From contig JAKAKW010000010.1 of assembly GCA_021824345.1 (NCBI GenBank), positions 1 to 48,986 on the forward strand: a stretch of DNA of 48,986 nucleotides. Direction: 5' to 3'. How positions within the stretch are numbered: position 1 is the stretch's first letter; each line of letters opens with the position of its first letter. Under the pieces are notes generated by a model, which saw nothing but the letters and a program-made list of their open reading frames with translations, did no database searches and was not told the origin of the DNA. Positions 47,096-48,986 of the stretch are shown in pieces. The position numbers were made by a program, and so were the translations under genes. The DNA is from a bacterium. Its GTDB lineage: Bacteria; Patescibacteriota; Minisyncoccia; Phycocordibacterales; UBA9973.

Positions 47096-48193
47096 ATGAA
47101 AACAGAATGCGGGGTGGAAAAAATAAGAAACGCGGTTTTTCAAGCAGAAAGGATTACCGGTAAAAATCTAACCCTGCCGGTTTTGAGTTCCATTCTCCTT
47201 ATCGCTTCCGGAAAATCTTTAAAAATAAGAGCGACCAATTTAAGCCTTGGTATTGAAATAGAAATACCGGCCAAAATAGAAAAAGAAGGAGTTGTCGCGG
47301 TAAACGGATCGGTAATGGGGGGAATATTTTCAAACATAATACAGAATGAAAATGTTGAAATAGATGGAGAGGGAGGAAATATAACCGTAAAAACCAAAAA
47401 AAATAAAATAAAGATAAAAGGCCAGCCCTCCGATGATTTTCCAACTATCCCGGCCGTTTCTGGAACTTCTTTTGAAATAAGCTCAAAAAAACTGGCGGAC
47501 GGAATAAAATCCGTATACTACAGCTCTTCCGTTTCAGACATAAAACCGGAAATTTCCAGCGTATATATATATTCAAACGGAGACAACCTGGTATTTGTTT
47601 CCACTGATTCGTTCCGCTTGGCTGAAAAAAAGATAAAACTGAAAACAGTTCCGGAGGTTCCGGGAATAATGATTCCGTTTAAAAACATACCTGAAATACT
47701 GCGCGTTTTAGGGGAGACGGACGAGGAAGCGAGGGTTTGTTTTAATAAGAATCAGATTTCTTTCTCCTTTGACGGAGTATATCTGACCTCTCGGGTGATA
47801 GACGGAGCCTTTCCGGATTACCGCCAGATAATTCCAAAGGAATATGAGACCTCCGCGGTGGTTTTGAAACAAGATTTATTAAATGCCCTGAAACTGTCAA
47901 ATATTTTTTCAGACAAATTCAATCAAATAAATCTTGAAATATATCCAAAAGAGAAAAAGTTTGAACTTTCTTCGGCAAACAGCGACGTGGGAGAAAACAG
48001 AACCGCCCTTGATGCCGCCCTTGAAGGAGAAAAAGCGGAATTAAGCTTTAATTACAAGTATTTTTTGGATTGTTTTCAGTCTCTTTCCACCGACAGCGTA
48101 TCCATAAAAGTGAAAGATTCATCTCGCCCAATGCTTGTTTCAGGGGTTTCGGATACATCCTTTCTGTATTTGATAATGCCCATGAACAGGTAG
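47096..48193 (+). CDS. dnaN: DNA polymerase III beta clamp
   Basis: LPVLSSILL, DDFP, STDSFRLAE, SRVIDGAFPDY, YLIMPM. Confidence 0.97.
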   Translation: MKTECGVEKIRNAVFQAERITGKNLTLPVLSSILLIASGKSLKIRATNLSLGIEIEIPAKIEKEGVVAVNGSVMGGIFSNIIQNENVEIDGEGGNITVKTKKNKIKIKGQPSDDFPTIPAVSGTSFEISSKKLADGIKSVYYSSSVSDIKPEISSVYIYSNGDNLVFVSTDSFRLAEKKIKLKTVPEVPGIMIPFKNIPEILRVLGETDEEARVCFNKNQISFSFDGVYLTSRVIDGAFPDYRQIIPKEYETSAVVLKQDLLNALKLSNIFSDKFNQINLEIYPKEKKFELSSANSDVGENRTALDAALEGEKAELSFNYKYFLDCFQSLSTDSVSIKVKDSSRPMLVSGVSDTSFLYLIMPMNR

Positions 48194-48215
48194 GGATTTG
48201 TTTCAAAGCCGCACA

Positions 48216-48473
48216 ATGATAGAAATTAAAGACCTTCTGGCCAAATATGACAAACTCCTTTTTTTCGAGGAAAACAAGCGTATGGCGGTTTCCAGGGCCG
48301 TCTCCGAAGCTCTTTCAGTGCATGTGGATCCTAAAAAAATTAGAATAAAAAACGGAACGGTTTACATTGATCTTAAACCGATATATAAAAACGAGATTCT
48401 GATGAAAAAAAATAAAATTTTAAAAGCGCTGGAGAAAGAAAATAACGGGAAGCAATTTGAAGACCTGAGATAA
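48216..48473 (+). CDS. small hypothetical protein, possibly DciA/DUF721-like
   Basis: IKNGTVYI...PIYKNEILMKKNKILKAL pattern; directly after dnaN. Confidence 0.5.
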   Translation: MIEIKDLLAKYDKLLFFEENKRMAVSRAVSEALSVHVDPKKIRIKNGTVYIDLKPIYKNEILMKKNKILKALEKENNGKQFEDLR

Positions 48474-48477
48474 TATA

Positions 48478-48986
48478 TTACTGGCCGGAGGGGGCTGAAG
48501 AAGAAGCTGAGGGAGAAGGTTGCTCCACTTTAAAGGTGGTACTGCTCTCCCCGTGGTTGTACACGCTATCGGTAAAAAGCAATTTTAAGGTGTTTACGCT
48601 CCCGAGATTTTCAAGGCCGGACGGGATGAAAGAGAAACTGAAAGGCATTCCTGAACTGCCCAAATAAGAATTATTCACAAAAACGTCCACTTTTCTGAGC
48701 GGGAAGCGGCCGGCGCTTTGTATAGCCACATCGATCTTTTGGTTTGACTGATAAACCTTGTCTTCTCTTGGGCTTTCAATGATAACAGAGGGGCTGTTGG
48801 CCGGAGTATGGATATCGTCGCTTAAGGCCGGTTTTTGGCCTTGTGTAACGACCGGATACTTATAACCGTTATTTTGCCACCAATTCTGTACCGGCACTTC
48901 CCAAAGAGAGAACTGAGGATCGCTCGCCGGATTAGAAGGCGGCGGGCCGGTAATATCGTTTTTGTTTATCCAATACAATATGTTGT
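48478..48986 (-). CDS. 3' end of a gene (truncated by window) with an Ig-like C-terminus, probably a class A penicillin-binding protein
   Basis: DPQFSLWEVPVQNW, PSVIIESP, KVDVFVNNSYLG; product assignment is inference. Confidence 0.55.
   Translation of the reverse strand, partial: NILYWINKNDITGPPPSNPASDPQFSLWEVPVQNWWQNNGYKYPVVTQGQKPALSDDIHTPANSPSVIIESPREDKVYQSNQKIDVAIQSAGRFPLRKVDVFVNNSYLGSSGMPFSFSFIPSGLENLGSVNTLKLLFTDSVYNHGESSTTFKVEQPSPSASSSAPSGQ

Noticed and set aside
1-48986. Alternative genetic code (TGA recoded)
   Set aside because: Conserved genes are full-length under the standard code and TGA terminates yraN, pcrA, virB4 and yidC

Overview
Origin-proximal chromosomal segment of a small-genome bacterium, most consistent with Patescibacteria/CPR (Parcubacteria-like); this is inferred from gene content (CPR-type Cys-rich protein, PrgI/VirB4/VirB6/pilin cluster, CCA-less tRNAs). 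The right end carries jag-yidC-yidD-rnpA-rpmH, divergent dnaA, an AT-rich oriC candidate, dnaN and the 3' end of a probable PBP gene. A ~20 kb same-strand run (23.4-43.2 kb) after pcrA-rsmA encodes a T4SS-like/adhesin locus, including a pilin-lytic transglycosylase fusion and a CARDB/Trp-Gly repeat protein. The left half holds housekeeping genes (comM, dksA-like, pnp, rpsO, xer, xth, murI, cca, yraN, ZIP, LysM-M23), five tRNAs and a three-gene toxin-antitoxin-like islet. The most unusual signals are: two covarying palindromes inside an ORF6N gene; a structured leader RNA plus a probable non-AUG start on the LysM-M23 gene; a family of long hairpin elements sharing an internal-loop motif, one inserted in-frame in pcrA; a TA module with a possible non-SecB chaperone; a divergent RelA/SpoT-like protein; and parS-like sites embedded in ORFs. 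All calls are by eye; no searches were run.
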